Both the position numbers and the translations under genes were made by a program. A DNA stretch of 64,000 bases from Octopus bimaculoides (taxonomy: Eukaryota), in contig NC_068987.1 of assembly GCF_001194135.2 (NCBI RefSeq), forward strand, positions 24,043,913-24,107,912. Reading direction: 5' to 3'. Under the pieces are notes generated by a model. That model worked only from the letters and a program-made list of their open reading frames with translations, ran no database searches and was not told where the DNA came from. Numbering within the stretch: the first letter of the stretch is position 1; every line of letters begins with the position of its first letter. This document shows, in pieces, positions 23,009 to 36,519 of the stretch.

Positions 23009-26000
23009 ATTTGTCAGGTTGATCATGATAATTAGGTAGAAGTGAGTGGTAAAGGTAAGAGGCTGTGTTCTACATGAATTACCCATCAATTAATGTTTTG
23101 CAGTTCATATATTTATTAATCAATTAATTGTATTTACATATATACAATGTATAAATTGTAATAAAAGTATGTTTTGTGATATTTAAAGTTTTAAACTGCG
23201 TAAGATGAAAATAATACTTTAGTTGATAGTGTTATGTATAACTGTACATAGTATAAACAGAGCAAGGCTAGTAATTATATGGAAAGATATTTGCATGTAT
23301 ATAAATATGTATGCCAGCATTACAACCCAAGTTTGATAACCTTTTGCTTGTTATTGCAAAAAACAAGTAGAAGAAAGTGAGAGCATCTCTTATGGAACTG
23401 AGTAACAGAATTTTGTGTAGCACCAAAGGTTCAATATTCCAACTTTAAATAACATTGAGCAAAACTTTTAGAAATACAATTTGGCAGGAATTCACAGTTG
23501 TCTTTAAAGTCTACTGCCTTACTGGTTACATTGCTTGCTGAAATTGGTTGAAAAAAATTCCTGTAGTCATTCATGCCTTTTAAGTTTTCAGAGCTGGTCA
23601 TGCCTGGTCTGAATATAGGTGGAATCCTCATTGCACATTTAATAAATTGAGATTGTATTGTACTGACAGAGTCCATTTTGTGAACATTGGAACCATCACC
23701 AAACATGAATAAATTATATCACAAAACAAGCAACATATCCATGTCCTGTCTATTACATTGGTTTTTCACACATAAAAACACTGCATGATAAATCATGTAA
23801 AATGTATGATATATATGCAAATCTGCATGTTAGTTGCTTCATATTCAGTTATAATTATGCTAAGTACCATAGGCCTGACGGCAGAAGACCATTAAGTTGT
23901 CAATGGAAGCAGCAGAGGTTGCCTCAAAGTGGCAGTGAATTAGAAGATGTGAACCCTGGGAGGGTTAGTGCTAATAGGACAAAAGCTGGGGCTTGATCAA
24001 CTCTGGCTGGTGGGCTTGATTGTTGAAAGACCTGGAACATCCAATGGTCTCTGGAAACATCACTGATGATGTGTTCAAGTACATCAAAGGATAATGTAGG
24101 GTAAAGTTATAGGTCTACTCTTTGTCCAAATTAGTGGCTTTTCTCCAATATCATCACCTTCATGGTTTTATTTTAACATTTAAAAGAAAATTTATATATA
24201 TATTTTTTTTCGTGTTTAAAACTGTTGGACAATAAAACATAAACTCTGTCTATCTCAAACCAATTGTATGTGTTGCTTAGCAGTTTTAGACCAGGTGTCA
24301 TTACTTCCTTCCATTGTCTATGTCAATTCATGACTCTTTTTGATCACCCTACATAACCATAATTGTGTGATTAACAACTTTACTTTCTTACCATATCATT
24401 CTGTGTTTGATCCTACTATGTGGCACGTAATGCAGGTATCTCCTACCAGTTTCAGGTTAACCGTGAAACATGTCAGATGACCTAATGGATAAAGTAGCAA
24501 ATATCAAGTTGAGATGTTGGTGATTCATGCAGTTGTAATATTTATTCTCAACTTCCTAAAGTAGTTGATTTATATATATATGTAATTGCTGCTGTATTGA
24601 TTTCTGTGAAAATATAACTTCACTACTTAGAACCATTTTTACAGTTCTTTCTGTCAGAGTTGAACTTTTGTGAACATTGTTCCAGAAGCCTCTATGACAT
24701 TGTGATTTAGAATTAGTGTCAAGGTAATCTTTAACCTGGCCTAAACTATGAATTTGTAGTTTTGAAAAGTATTACTGTTTGAAAATGTGTAGTGGTTACA
24801 TTTTCAACTGATTTAGAATGGATGAACTTAACCTTTTTCATACCAAGACATCTGAGACTGTCCTTGGTTCTGTGATACCAATTTCCCTGCTTGAAAGTGA
24901 TCTAAATTCAATCCTTTCAAAATTTCATGTTAAATCAAGTTCCAAACACCTGTTTGATAATAACAAAAGTTATTTGACAAAATTTTATGTTAATTTCAAA
25001 ATTCTTTGTAAGAAAGGCAGTGAATTTCAACAGAAATATGGTAATGAAAAGGTTAAGATCTAGTCTGGTTATATTTTACTGACACAGTTAATTTATCAGT
25101 GGTTTTACATTAGAAAATCCATTTTAATCAGTTATTTCTACAGAATATAAATGCATATTTTGATGTAAGAGTTAGCCTAAATCTTGTCCTTCAGAGAATT
25201 TTATTATTGCAAATATGAAGTACCAAACAAGTAGCGTGAAACAATTATGTTATACTGGAGTAAATAAAGATGTGATTTTTTTCATGTGATTATGTTTGTG
25301 TATGCCATGGCCAACCTTCAATCTTCTTTTTGTTAATTAAATCTATGGTTAAAATTGTGTTGGTGGCACATTTATGGTTTATAGTTCTTTACTATGTAAA
25401 TGATCTGCTAATGGTAGCCTATCAGTCTCACGGTTAGGCTGTTGGTAACTTAACTGGCAATACACTGGGGCTTTACCTTAGTTTATGGAGGCTGGATGAA
25501 CACTCTGGCAGGACAAAAAACATTATCTGTTGGCAAGAATAGACAAACTTAATGATTGTGGCCATCCATTAAATGTACAAATGGAGGCCTCATTAAAGTT
25601 TTTCGATCTAGCATTTCTGAATCTTGGTTGTCTATGTCAGATATATAGGCTTGCCTTTCCTTTGACCCAAAGGCATGGGTGAGAGAACCCTCATTGATAA
25701 ATACAAAGACTGCCCAAAGTAACTTAAATCAGTCCTGGCTTTACTTTTCTTTTTTTCTTTGCATTGTTGAAAACAACACACATTCCACAATTAATATCCT
25801 ATAAAAAGATTTTACTAAAAGTATTATTTCATATTAAATGTAAGCACAAGTAAAATGAATCATCTGGGATGTTTAAGTGAAGTTTTAAAAAGGAACATCA
25901 CATACATAACTTAATGAGCGCAATATTAAATAATCAATGCATCCAAATCCAACCTTAAACACCAATGGTCAAGGGAATAAAATTGCAATAAGTATTATTC

Positions 26001-26099
26001 ATTCAGCCCCCATGTGAGAGGTAGTATCAAATATAAAGGTACATAAACTTTTTGTTTGTGAGAATATAGAAGACTGGTGTTGGAAAAATCTGGTTACCA

Positions 26100-26390
26100 A
26101 AATGTGGTAAATGGAGCAGCCAGCTGAGCCAAAATAGTAAGCTATGGGTATGTAATGGTGAATACTAAGAGACCTACACAGAAACGATCATCTAAATGCT
26201 GTCCTGTTTCGTTTGTCTAGTGCATTGCAAAGTCTGCATGTAATGAGGTAGATGAAGTTGGTTAAAATTTTGAGTGACATTATTCTGGGATTTTAGATTG
26301 CTTATAGGTGTATTTTTGAGGTGAAGTTATAGAAGTGGCATCTGGTTAGGGGCGAGGATGTTTCTAATCAGCAGGTTATAGAGATTCCAT
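26100..26390 (-). mobile_element. Penelope-like element remnant (GIY-YIG endonuclease region)
   Basis: Minus strand reads TNFIYLITCRLCNAL (26218-26262), then after a frameshift ETGQHLDDRF (26181-26210). This matches the NxIYxIxCxxC...YIGETxRxLxxRF pattern. Confidence 0.7.
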
Positions 26391-26656
26391 TTCATTCTGA
26401 TGGATGATAATAAAAATAAGACTGGGAAGATTGTTTTAGAAAGACATAAATATTACAATATGATATTTAATAATACAAAATATTCTTTAATAATTCAATT
26501 AACAAAACAATAGTATATAAACATGGCTTTCAAATATTTTGCATAATGTTTATAACATTACATTAACTGTCACACAGAAATTCCATTACGAAGTAATTAT
26601 ATATACAATTTCTTTTAAAATAATTCTACTGTTTTATCATTTGACTTTCTTTGGGA

Positions 26657-27808
26657 TCAAAGTACCACTTTTAGAAAATGCTTCTTCACAGACATGGCAC
26701 TGGATGGGTTGCCTGTGTGAACAGATCTGTGACGTGTTAAACTCTGCTTATCAACATATGCTTTACCACAAATATCACAATTGTATGGTCTCTCACCTGT
26801 GTGACCACGTACATGAAGTGTCAAATGACTGCTCTGAGAAAATGTTTTACCACAGATATCACAGTGGTATGGTTTCTCACCTGTATGAATGCGTGAATGT
26901 TGAGTTAAATGAGCATTCTGAGAGAATGTTTTATCACAAATATCACAGTGATATGGTTTCTCACCAGTGTGTGTGCGTATGTGTCTAGTCAATCCAGTTC
27001 TGTCAAAGAAGGTTTTCTCACAAATATCACAGTAAAATGGTTTATCTCCTGTGTGAACCTGTTTGTGAATAGTTAAACTTTGACAAGCAGAGAAAGTTTT
27101 TCCACAGATATCACAGTGATATGGTTTCTCACTTGTGTGAATACGTTTGTGATGAATCATGTTACCTCTTTGAGAAAATGCTTTCCCACAGACATCACAG
27201 CTGTATGGCTTTTCATTTGTGTGAATGGATATGTGTCTATTCAAATAAGAACTTCCAGAAAATGTTTTAGCACAAATACCACATTGATATGGTTTTTCTC
27301 CTGTGTGAGTTCGTTTATGAATAGTTAATTTATGACTTTGAGAATATCTTTTCCCACAGATATCACAGCAATATGGTTTCTCACCTGAGTGAGAATATTT
27401 GTGTGTAGTCAAATGAGCTTGCTGAGAGAATGCTCTCCCACAAATATCACACTGGTAAGGTTTTTCACCTGTATGAATACGTTTATGCTTAGTTAAATTA
27501 CCGCTGTCAGAAAAGGCTTTGTCACAGATTATGCATTGATAAACTTTCTTATCCTTCTGAACATTTTTATGCAAAGATAAAGAACTGGTTTTAGCAATTG
27601 TTTTACTATAAATTTTTAAATATTTAAGCTTTGAGCTTTTATGAAGCAATTTTTGCTTAAATAAGGTATCAGATTGTGTGAATGTTTTCATATCACTTTG
27701 AAAGTAATATGATACCTTCTCTGTATCTTCATATGTCTGATAAGATATGTCACTGGATTCAGCCTCTGTTTGATCACAAGCCTGACTCTCACCCAGTTTA
27801 TTCTCCAT
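26657..27808 (-). CDS. C2H2 zinc-finger protein ZNF4, ~89-aa leader plus 10 fingers, 11th finger frameshifted, 383 aa
   Basis: Intact ORF. After TGNP a 1-nt deletion near 26703 moves [15 protein letters not shown] out of frame. Confidence 0.93.
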   Translation of the reverse strand: MENKLGESQACDQTEAESSDISYQTYEDTEKVSYYFQSDMKTFTQSDTLFKQKLLHKSSKLKYLKIYSKTIAKTSSLSLHKNVQKDKKVYQCIICDKAFSDSGNLTKHKRIHTGEKPYQCDICGRAFSQQAHLTTHKYSHSGEKPYCCDICGKRYSQSHKLTIHKRTHTGEKPYQCGICAKTFSGSSYLNRHISIHTNEKPYSCDVCGKAFSQRGNMIHHKRIHTSEKPYHCDICGKTFSACQSLTIHKQVHTGDKPFYCDICEKTFFDRTGLTRHIRTHTGEKPYHCDICDKTFSQNAHLTQHSRIHTGEKPYHCDICGKTFSQSSHLTLHVRGHTGERPYNCDICGKAYVDKQSLTRHRSVHTGNPSSAMSVKKHFLKVVL

Positions 27809-28236
27809 AATTACTACACAAATATTCTAAAATATTCTGTTATTGTCAAATACCTCCATGGAGAATACTAAAGTGCTTGAATCCACTTAATAAATATTGA
27901 AGTTGCAATGTATTTTCTTTTGAACTAAAAAGTGATATCTGATAAAGACTGATGATGTCTCAGTCATAAAGAAACAGTTTCATGATATTTTATTTGGACA
28001 GTTTTTGTTTTTTCCTAGAGTCCATTCTTGGAATTAAAAACCAGCAAGTAAACTGACCCTAGTTTTCGATAGACACTCAGATACAAAAGAAATTACACGT
28101 AAACCAAGATAGATATTATGTTATCAAGTCTATATTGTATTATCTGTTTATAACCATAATTTAAACTTCACAGAAACCTAATCAAGGTCATAAAGAATAG
28201 TTAATTGAGTTTTTTGATAATGTCTGTCTTCTTTCT

Positions 28237-28317
28237 TCAAAGTATGCCAAAGTCCTTGATAAATCTTGGATCAGCAATTACCATCTCAATGTCACCATAA
28301 ATCCTGAAATAAAGAAT
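28237..28317 (-). promoter_or_regulatory. Putative splice acceptor and 15-codon uORF of ZNF4
   Basis: ttctttatttcag with AG at 28305-28304; uORF MVIADPRFIKDFGIL* at 28284-28237. Confidence 0.65.
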
Positions 28318-28761
28318 ATAAGGTAAAAAGGACAATGAAATAGTAACACAAAGAGATGTTGGAATAATAAAGAAAAATGAGAAAATAGTTACAGAGAAAA
28401 CATACATAAGGATGACTATGAAGTGCAAGTGGATAATGTAGTGTGCAGGTGAGTCTGTAGGAAGACAGGATAAATTTCTCTTTTTCCTGGAGCACAAGTT
28501 AGTTGTTTGGACAGACACTAACCAGGTAGGGTTGGCGTTGTACACATTCAAACAACTTCCACCCAAGGCTAGAATGTGCCTTCAAACAAAGTTAATTCAG
28601 TTGCTGCTAGTACGTTGTTGAATTGACCACATCGTTTGAAGCTTCTCATTCTATCAGCCTCATCCAGAACATGCTTTCCTGGTTATTATGTTCCTGAGTA
28701 ATTCTGACTCTTCATACCTAATTTTTCTCTTGACTGTCAAGTTGTATGCTGTGATGAGTTT

Positions 28762-29002
28762 CATCATCATCATCGTCGTAGTTTAACGTCCGCTTTCCAT
28801 GCTAGCATGGGTTGGACGATTTGACTGAGGACTGGTGAAACCAGATGGCTACACCAGGCTCCAATCTGATTTGGCAGAGTTTCTACAGCTGGATGCCCTT
28901 CCTAACGCCAACCACTCCGAGAGTGAAGTGGGTGCCTTTACGTGCCACCGGCATGAAGGCCAGTCAGGCGGTACTGGCAACGGCCATGCTCAAAATGGTG
29001 TT
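28762..29002 (-). mobile_element. RTE-related 3' repeat with (GAT)n tail, young copy
   Basis: Near-identical to the reverse complement of 55003-55235 and similar to 32862-33095 and 42345-42620. Confidence 0.8.
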
Positions 29003-30619
29003 ATGTCAATTTATCCGGCTTGCAGAATTTAGTCTCTTCAGTAGTACTAGCGTCTGTACTATGGAATTTATATCCAACTTCATCTAAAAGGCAGTTGAAC
29101 CCATGTAAATATGTAGTAAGTGAAACCAAATCTATTCATGTCTTCCACTATATTCTTGTCAGACTGAGGTCTAAACTTTATGGTTTGTACACAATAAAAG
29201 GTCCCTGTTGCACACAATTGTTCAGCGTTCTAAAAGTGTGTAAAATAAATTGTTTTATTAGATTAAAATAAAATTATTGCCTTCTGATTCTCTCTGTATA
29301 CAGTTGACTTTCTGCATTATGACATTCTTGAATGAAACTAATGTTTGTACTAATCGAATTTATCATGGTTATTTGAATGTATATTCTGATAACCTTTGCA
29401 TATTGATTTACAAGGTGTTTAATAAATTTCTGTACTGCGTCATATTACTGACTATCATATCTTTTGCTAAAAGTCCTTTAGAGTGGAGATAATGATGGGA
29501 TACATAGAAAGAACAGAAGAGATACTGTGAACGAATAGATAAGTCAAAGATGTTATCTGCATAGTAAGCAATAATTTAGCTAGTGTTTGCATATTTCATT
29601 AAAAAAAAATCCATTTCCAAAACGTCAAGCAAAATTCAATTATTAAAAATTCCCTAGCATGCTAGAAATAGCAACAGTAAAGTTCTTTGCAGCTCTAAAA
29701 CATTTTGTCTCCCTCATTATTATAACAATAATATATTTGTTAATTAAATGCTACTGTTTACATAATGTAACTTCTCATTTTCATTCTAGCATTATTACAA
29801 CTTGATGTCTCCCCCTATGCTCTGACTTCGTTTCCTTATAACAAAGAAAGGGGAGAGGAGGAGTGTTTATTGGACATGTCCACTACAGACTGCTAAATGT
29901 TTGGAGAAAAAAAAACATACTCAGAATAAAACAGCAGTTATATTTTCATATGAGTGCTTCCGGCCACTGTGTCTGAAGACTCGTCAATACTGCCAAGCGC
30001 AACAATTGATACATAACATTCTGACCATAAACAGAAATATAGGGCTCGACGATATAAATACAAGTTTGCTGAGCCGATTAGTTCGATCTGCATAAACAGT
30101 GCTTCTTTGACAGTAGTGTGTCGATGTTGAAAGGCAAAGGAAAAAGACAGAAGAGTTGCAACATTAGAATATATCAAAATTGAAACTCATGCTTGAAAAA
30201 TCTGATGAATTTTATGATAAAGTTTACGAGTATGACAGCAACAGTATGCACTACGATTTAAAAGATGAGCAAATCTTAAAATAGTTTTCACTTAACTTTT
30301 GTTACTTAATATGATGATTAACACGTCTAATTAGAAATAACACGAGAAGATACAATCAACGGTTGGGTGTAAATATATTTAATGTTTCCACCGCATTTTG
30401 GTTTAATTATATCTTGTTAAAATACAATAATTAAGCATGAATACAAGATAAACCTATATATCTATGTACACACACGAGGACTCGATGAAATAGAAAATTT
30501 CCCTGGATGTCAGAAATAAAGGCTGACTAAAAATTGATTTGGCTGAATTAACACTCAGTTGACAACGAGAGAAAAAAACGAAGGAGTACATCGTGATAAC
30601 ATGTGATAATTAATAAACA

Positions 30620-30915
30620 AATACTAGAGGTTACCATGTTTAATGTCGGCTAAAAATTTCTAAAAGTGAACAGATAATAGAGATTAAACATAAAAGCAAA
30701 ATAACATGTAACCATTAATACATATTATGAGTTGTCACAACAGAGATGTTACCATTAGAAATACTAAAACCTTACATTCAATAGTTTTCTTTCTGTCTTT
30801 TCTCAAAATTTGGTACAATAACACAAGGATGAACAGACATTAACTGTAGTGCGACAAAATTTAGACACACTTCCGTAGTTTTAAGTAGCTATCTATCAGC
30901 TGCATTTTCGTAAAA
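30620..30915 (-). promoter_or_regulatory. Conserved upstream non-coding module, copy 3 (ZNF4 unit)
   Basis: gagattaaacataaaagcaaaataacatg...ttagaaatactaaaa...GCTGCATTTTCGTAAAA (30899-30915). Confidence 0.6.
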
Positions 30916-31446
30916 GGATTTCTCTTTCTATAACTATTTGCTGGCATATAAAAAATGCGCTTTCCTTTTCAATTTTTGAGTGTATGAAAAAAATTGTCCT
31001 GCATCTTATGCGCCCCTATTACAGACTGAATGTCCTAGGCTAGGGAGCCGAATAAGTATATGTTTGTTTCGTTCAATAACGTAGAATATTCGGTAAATTT
31101 TGAGAAATACACCCGCACGCGTTCACTAAGAAAAAAAAACTGCGTATTTTTTACGTGGAATCAAGGGTGTTATTTGATTCTTTCACCGGCACGATTTTCA
31201 CTAAGAAAGCAAACAAAACAAAAAAAAAACTCGGATTTTTTGCGTGGAATCAAGTACCCTGACCTCCTAATAAGCTACAAACTCCTTATTTTTGTTCGGA
31301 AAAAAAGTGGGAGGGAGAACGCCCCCCCCCCACCATATCCTGGAATCATTGGAATTTTTTTATTTTTTCGTTGAATGAATCCGGTGATCTCCTAATATGC
31401 TACAAAACCCATTTTTGGGTCCGGAAAACGGGGTTGGGTGAGGTGG

Positions 31447-31602
31447 NNNNNNNNNNNNNNNNNNNNNNNNNNNNNNNNNNNNNNNNNNNNNNNNNNNNNN
31501 NNNNNNNNNNNNNNNNNNNNNNNNNNNNNNNNNNNNNNNNNNNNNNNNNNNNNNNNNNNNNNNNNNNNNNNNNNNNNNNNNNNNNNNNNNNNNNNNNNNN
31601 NN
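31447..31602. other. Assembly gap (N run)
   Basis: Run of N. Confidence 1.
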
Positions 31603-32132
31603 CGGTGACCTCCTAATATGTCACAAAACTCTTTTGGGGGTCCGGAAAACGAGGTGGGGTGGAATCCTCGGAAAGTTCACCACCATTTTCAAATATTTTT
31701 TGCTATTTCTTTCTTTACCCATAATTTTAGATAACATTTTGCAGAAATACGTTTTCGAGAGAGTGTGGATTACATTAGATTGAAAATTCAAAGAAGTTTG
31801 AAATGAATAAGTGAAGATGTAGAGGTTAGAGAAGTTAGTGGTAACGAAGTGTGGAGAGGTAGACAGTAAATTCATCTTTAAAAAAACACGTTAGAGTTTT
31901 TGTATATATGAGTGAAATGGAGTAAAATATTAACAAAATATCTTTTTCCTACCTCTTAAAATCACTAGATAAAATATATATAATAATCCCGAATAGATTT
32001 TCCTGGCTTGCCACTCCTCAGTCAAACCGTTCAACCCATGCCAGAATGGAAAGCAGACGTTAAACGATGATGGTGATGATGATCATATATATAATTATGA
32101 TAGATTGTTACCCATTCAATGTTTAGGTAAAT

Positions 32133-32310
32133 AAACTTCGTCACCCACTCATTCACTCTCTCTCTCTCCACACAAAAATGAAACACATTTCGGCGCCAAA
32201 AATAGATTTTCTTTTTGCAATTTTTGGCGCCGAAATTTGTTTTGTTTTTGTGTGGGGAGAAAGAGAGAGAGTGAGAGAGAAAGAGATAGTCAGTGGGTGA
32301 CGAAGGGTTT
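32133..32310. repeat. Long imperfect inverted repeat (palindrome)
   Basis: Arm 32133-32202 (aaacttcgtcacccact...tttcggcgccaaaaa) pairs with arm 32221-32310 (tttttggcgccgaaat...agtgggtgacgaagggttt) across an 18-nt spacer. Confidence 0.85.
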
Positions 32311-32861
32311 TGTAGCAAATTTGGTCACCGGAATTCAGTCAATGAAAAACAAAAAATTCCAATGATTCCGGGATATGGGGGAAGATTGAATAGAATAAGT
32401 GAAAATGCTGAAGGTAGAGAAAGTGGTGGTAACGAAGTCTGGGCAGGAGAGATAAAGAATGATACAAAATTCTCCTGAAAAAACGTTAGTACTTGTGTGT
32501 GTGTGTGTGTGTGTGAAACAAGTAAAAGTATAATATTCAAACAAAATATCTTTTTCATACCTCTTAAAATCACTGGATATATTAATCCTAGATTGCAGAG
32601 GTTTCAGAAGAAAAAAGAAATCATTTTCCCTTCTCAATTTTTGGCACCGAAACTAAAATCATAACTAATGTGTTTCATTTTTGTGTGCGTGGGAGAGAGA
32701 GAAAGAGTGAGTGAAGGTGCACATCATGTATTTTTTTGCATGTATGTGTAAGTGACACTCTCGTTCTCTCTCTCTCTCACTCACACACATTATCTTTTAT
32801 GTAATACACTTTGTTTACCTAAATTTCAGTGGTACAGCAATATATTATATTATATATATAT

Positions 32862-33095
32862 CATCATCATCATCATCGTTTAATGTCCGTCTTCCATGCT
32901 AGCATGGGTTGGACGGTTTGACTGAGGACTGGCAAGCCAGGAGGCTGCCCAGGCTCCAATCTGTTCTGGCTAGGTTTCTACAGCTGGATGCCCTTCCTAA
33001 TGCCAACCACTCCAAGAGTGTAGTAGGTGCTTTTTATATACCACTGGCATGGGAGCCAGTCAAGTGGTACTGGCATCAACCACACTCGAAAAGTT
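32862..33095 (-). mobile_element. RTE-related 3' repeat with (GAT)n tail
   Basis: (cat)n-cgtttaatgtccgtcttccatgctagcatgggttggacgg... belongs to the 28762 family. Confidence 0.75.
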
Positions 33096-35415
33096 GAAAC
33101 CTAAACTATGTAGGTTAATTCTGTTCCAATGGATTGCATTAGCTGGGTCATCACATCATATATGTGGACACAGTTTATACAGAACTTTGTGGATGCGTAC
33201 ATTTTATACAAACTCACATGAATGGATACACACACAGATTACTAATCTGTAAATCTTATCTGTAATATCATTCTGCTCGGGTTGATGTATGTTTTGCTTA
33301 ACTATGAAATAAAATCAAAGACATAATCTAATATGCACACAAAAATTTATATTTCTATTAAACTATGGAACAAAATCAATGAGGTGGCCGACTGTTATAA
33401 ACAGCATTTAAATTATTTGCAAATTATTTCAATGTGAAATAAATACATACATAAATATATATGTATGTGTCAAGTGTGCATGCATGTGTATGTGTAAAGT
33501 TTTTTTAAGAATTCACTGTAGGACAGCTGCTATACTTCATTCAAGGGGAGTGTATGTTCAAGTCCAGTCTTATGCCCTTATTTGATATGAAAGGCAAGAT
33601 GTGCAATATATCAAAATTTTATTAAAGCATTATCAACATAGTCATACAATAGTAGAATTAACATCTTTGATTTCATTGCATAGTTACATAGTTAAGATTA
33701 TTTAAAGTGTTTGCTTATTATTCCTTGAACATATTTTTAATAATTTTAGTCACAATGGAAAGACAAAGAGAAGTGAACTAATATTTTCTAACAGACAATT
33801 ATATATAACACTTCCTAGTGTATATTTACTTCAGGATGTAAAAATAGAAATAAGAAATCACAAGAAAGATAAATTGAGATGCGTATAACAAATATAATTT
33901 TCAAAGATGATTTATACTTTTTAGAAAATAACTTTGAAACTTTACTCTACTTCAAGAAACAAACATCACAGCAAAGAATGCAGTTTCAAAAGAAATTATA
34001 TACTTCATAGGTCTCTGTAAACTTCAGTCTTTCAGTTTTCAAACATAACTGTGGGACTTCCATGGATGTTGCTAGTTTGCTTGAACCTGCATGCTTGTGC
34101 AGTTACTAATTGTTGATACCGCAGTCATCACCACAAGCTAATAAGGCCACTGATCCTTAGATCACCTCCAACCTGACCTAAACAGTGAATTAAATTATCA
34201 ACATATAGGGACATCATATATTGTAACCATATCTGAAGTCTGTTATTGATAATAATAAACCTTGATGAATGCCTACATATACACTATATTCTGTATCTTT
34301 CAAATATCAACATTTCAGTTAGTCATGGCTCTCCTCATAATTTATATTTTTTGCTATCATATTCTTCAATATTTTGAATGAAAGGGAGGTCATTCTAATT
34401 AAAGTTGGACTTTTAGAGTAACTCATTCTTCCAACTACACAAAATTACTTTTGCAGAACAGATGAAATAGCTTTCATAGATTATTACAGTTTTAATCTTA
34501 ACTCTTTTGACACCAACCTACCTGAGACTGCTCCTGGTTCCATGACTCAAACTTCATGTTTTAAAGTGATCTAAATTAAAACTTTCCATCAAAATTTCAT
34601 ATCAATTTGTTTCAAACACCAGCTTAATAATGACAAAGTTATTTTACTAATTTTTTTTTTATTTTCAAAATCAACTGAAACAAAGGCAATGTATTTCAAC
34701 AGAAATATATGATAACAAAAGTTTTAAATCACAAAAATAATTCACACAAAATACAACTGTCAACTGTTCGCAGCATCAATAAACATAGTGACAAATGTCT
34801 GTGTAACCAAATTAAGTTTGATGTTAATCCAAAGTAAATAGTGAACAATTTTACACATTTATATAAAATTTAATTATAAAATATTTGAACACCTCATTTT
34901 TGACTGACATTAAACCAGATACATTGACAAACATAAATCTACATTCAGTTCCATTATCACATCAATTTTATTTAACATTTTCCAGGATATCCTGGAAAAA
35001 ACAAAAAAAAATAAAATAAAATATCCAATTTGAGAGAACCTGACACCAGAAATTTCTCAAACATGAGATTTTTCAAGTTTGACAGACATAAAAACAACAC
35101 AATAAGGAAACATAAATCAATGAAATTAATTTTAATATATTGTGTGTGAATATTTTATTGAAACTTTTCTCAACCAAATAAACATTTTGGTTGGTATCTG
35201 ATAAAACAGTGTTATAGAAAGTTAACAATAGTAAATATTACAACACTGAGACATAATTTTCTTTAAAATGTTACAAAATATTCTCAAATACTTCAAGTAA
35301 TAGAACATTATATAAACTTTACTTTCAGCTAATTTTCATGATGTTCCATGACATTTGATTTATAAGTAAAGCTACCATATTTAATGGATATTTTGTCTTG
35401 ATTTCATGATGTTTC

Positions 35416-36519
35416 TTATTTGCGTACATGAACAGGTTTGTGACGGGTTAAACTTTGATTATCAGCATATGCCTTACCACAAATATCACAGCTGAATGGT
35501 CTTTCACCTGTGTGACCACGTACATGAAGTTTTAAATGACCTCTCTGAGAAAATGTTTTACTACAGATATGACAGTGGTATGGATTTTCACCAGTGTGAA
35601 TACGAACATGTTGAGTTAAATGACCATTCTGAGAGAATGTTTTCCCACATATATCACAGTGGTATGGTTTCTCACCAGTGTGCATGCGTATATGTCTAGT
35701 TAATCCAGTACTCTCAGAGAATGTTTTCCTACAGACATCACAGTGGTATGGTTTCTCTCCTGTGTGAACCTGTTTGTGACGAGTCAATTTATTATATTCC
35801 GAGAATGTTTTCTCACATATATCACAGTGGTATGGCTTCTCACCAGTATGAGTACGTTTGTGAACAGTCATATTGCCTCTCTGAGAGAATGTTTTCCCAC
35901 AGACATCACAGCTATATGGTTTTTCCCTTGTGTGAATGTATTTGTGTCTTTTCAGATAAGACCTTCGTGAAAATGTTTTAGCACAAATACCACATTGATA
36001 TGGTTTCTCTCCTGTGTGAGTTCGTTTGTGAAGAATTAATTTATCACTTTGAGAGAATCTTTTGCCACAGATATCACAATGATATGGTTTTTCACCTGAG
36101 TGAGTATACTTATGTGTAGTCAAATGACCTTGCTGAGAGAATGCTCTCCCACAAATATCACAGTGGTATGGTTTTTCACCTGTATGAATACGCTTATGCT
36201 TGGTCAAATTACTGCTGTCAAAGAAAGTTTTGTCACAGATTATGCATTGGTAAATTTTCTTATCTTTCTGAACATTTTTATGCAAAGACAAAGAGCTGGT
36301 TTTAGCAATTGTTTTACTATAAATTTTTAAATATTTAAGCTTTGAGCTTGTATGAAGTAATTTTTGCTTAAATAAGGTATCAGATTGTGCGAATGTTTTC
36401 ATATCATTGTCAAAGTAATATGATACCTTCTCTGTATCTTCATATGTCTGATAAGATATGTCACTGGATTCAGGCTCTGTTTGATCACAAGCCTGACTCT
36501 CACCCAGTTTATTCTCCAT
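35416..36519 (-). CDS. C2H2 zinc-finger protein ZNF5, ~89-aa leader plus 10 fingers, 367 aa; closest paralogue of ZNF4
   Basis: Intact ORF whose leader differs from ZNF4 at 6 of ~90 residues. It ends HKPVHVRK* with no trace of finger 11. Confidence 0.94.
   Translation of the reverse strand: MENKLGESQACDQTEPESSDISYQTYEDTEKVSYYFDNDMKTFAQSDTLFKQKLLHTSSKLKYLKIYSKTIAKTSSLSLHKNVQKDKKIYQCIICDKTFFDSSNLTKHKRIHTGEKPYHCDICGRAFSQQGHLTTHKYTHSGEKPYHCDICGKRFSQSDKLILHKRTHTGEKPYQCGICAKTFSRRSYLKRHKYIHTREKPYSCDVCGKTFSQRGNMTVHKRTHTGEKPYHCDICEKTFSEYNKLTRHKQVHTGEKPYHCDVCRKTFSESTGLTRHIRMHTGEKPYHCDICGKTFSQNGHLTQHVRIHTGENPYHCHICSKTFSQRGHLKLHVRGHTGERPFSCDICGKAYADNQSLTRHKPVHVRK

Larger units (their letters stand above)
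31180..32720. repeat. Compound array of the 12330-13115 repeat family (tandem and inverted partial copies), interrupted by a gap and an RTE-type tail
   Basis: Sub-blocks are repeated at 31320-31446, 31603-32000, 32330-32600 and 32640-32720. The RTE-type tail is at 32002-32083. Confidence 0.7.

Noticed and set aside
23431-23996. ORFs 23431-23706 (-) and 23802-23996 (+) as exons of another gene
   Set aside because: No recognisable domain and no consistent splice pair; cannot be supported without expression data.
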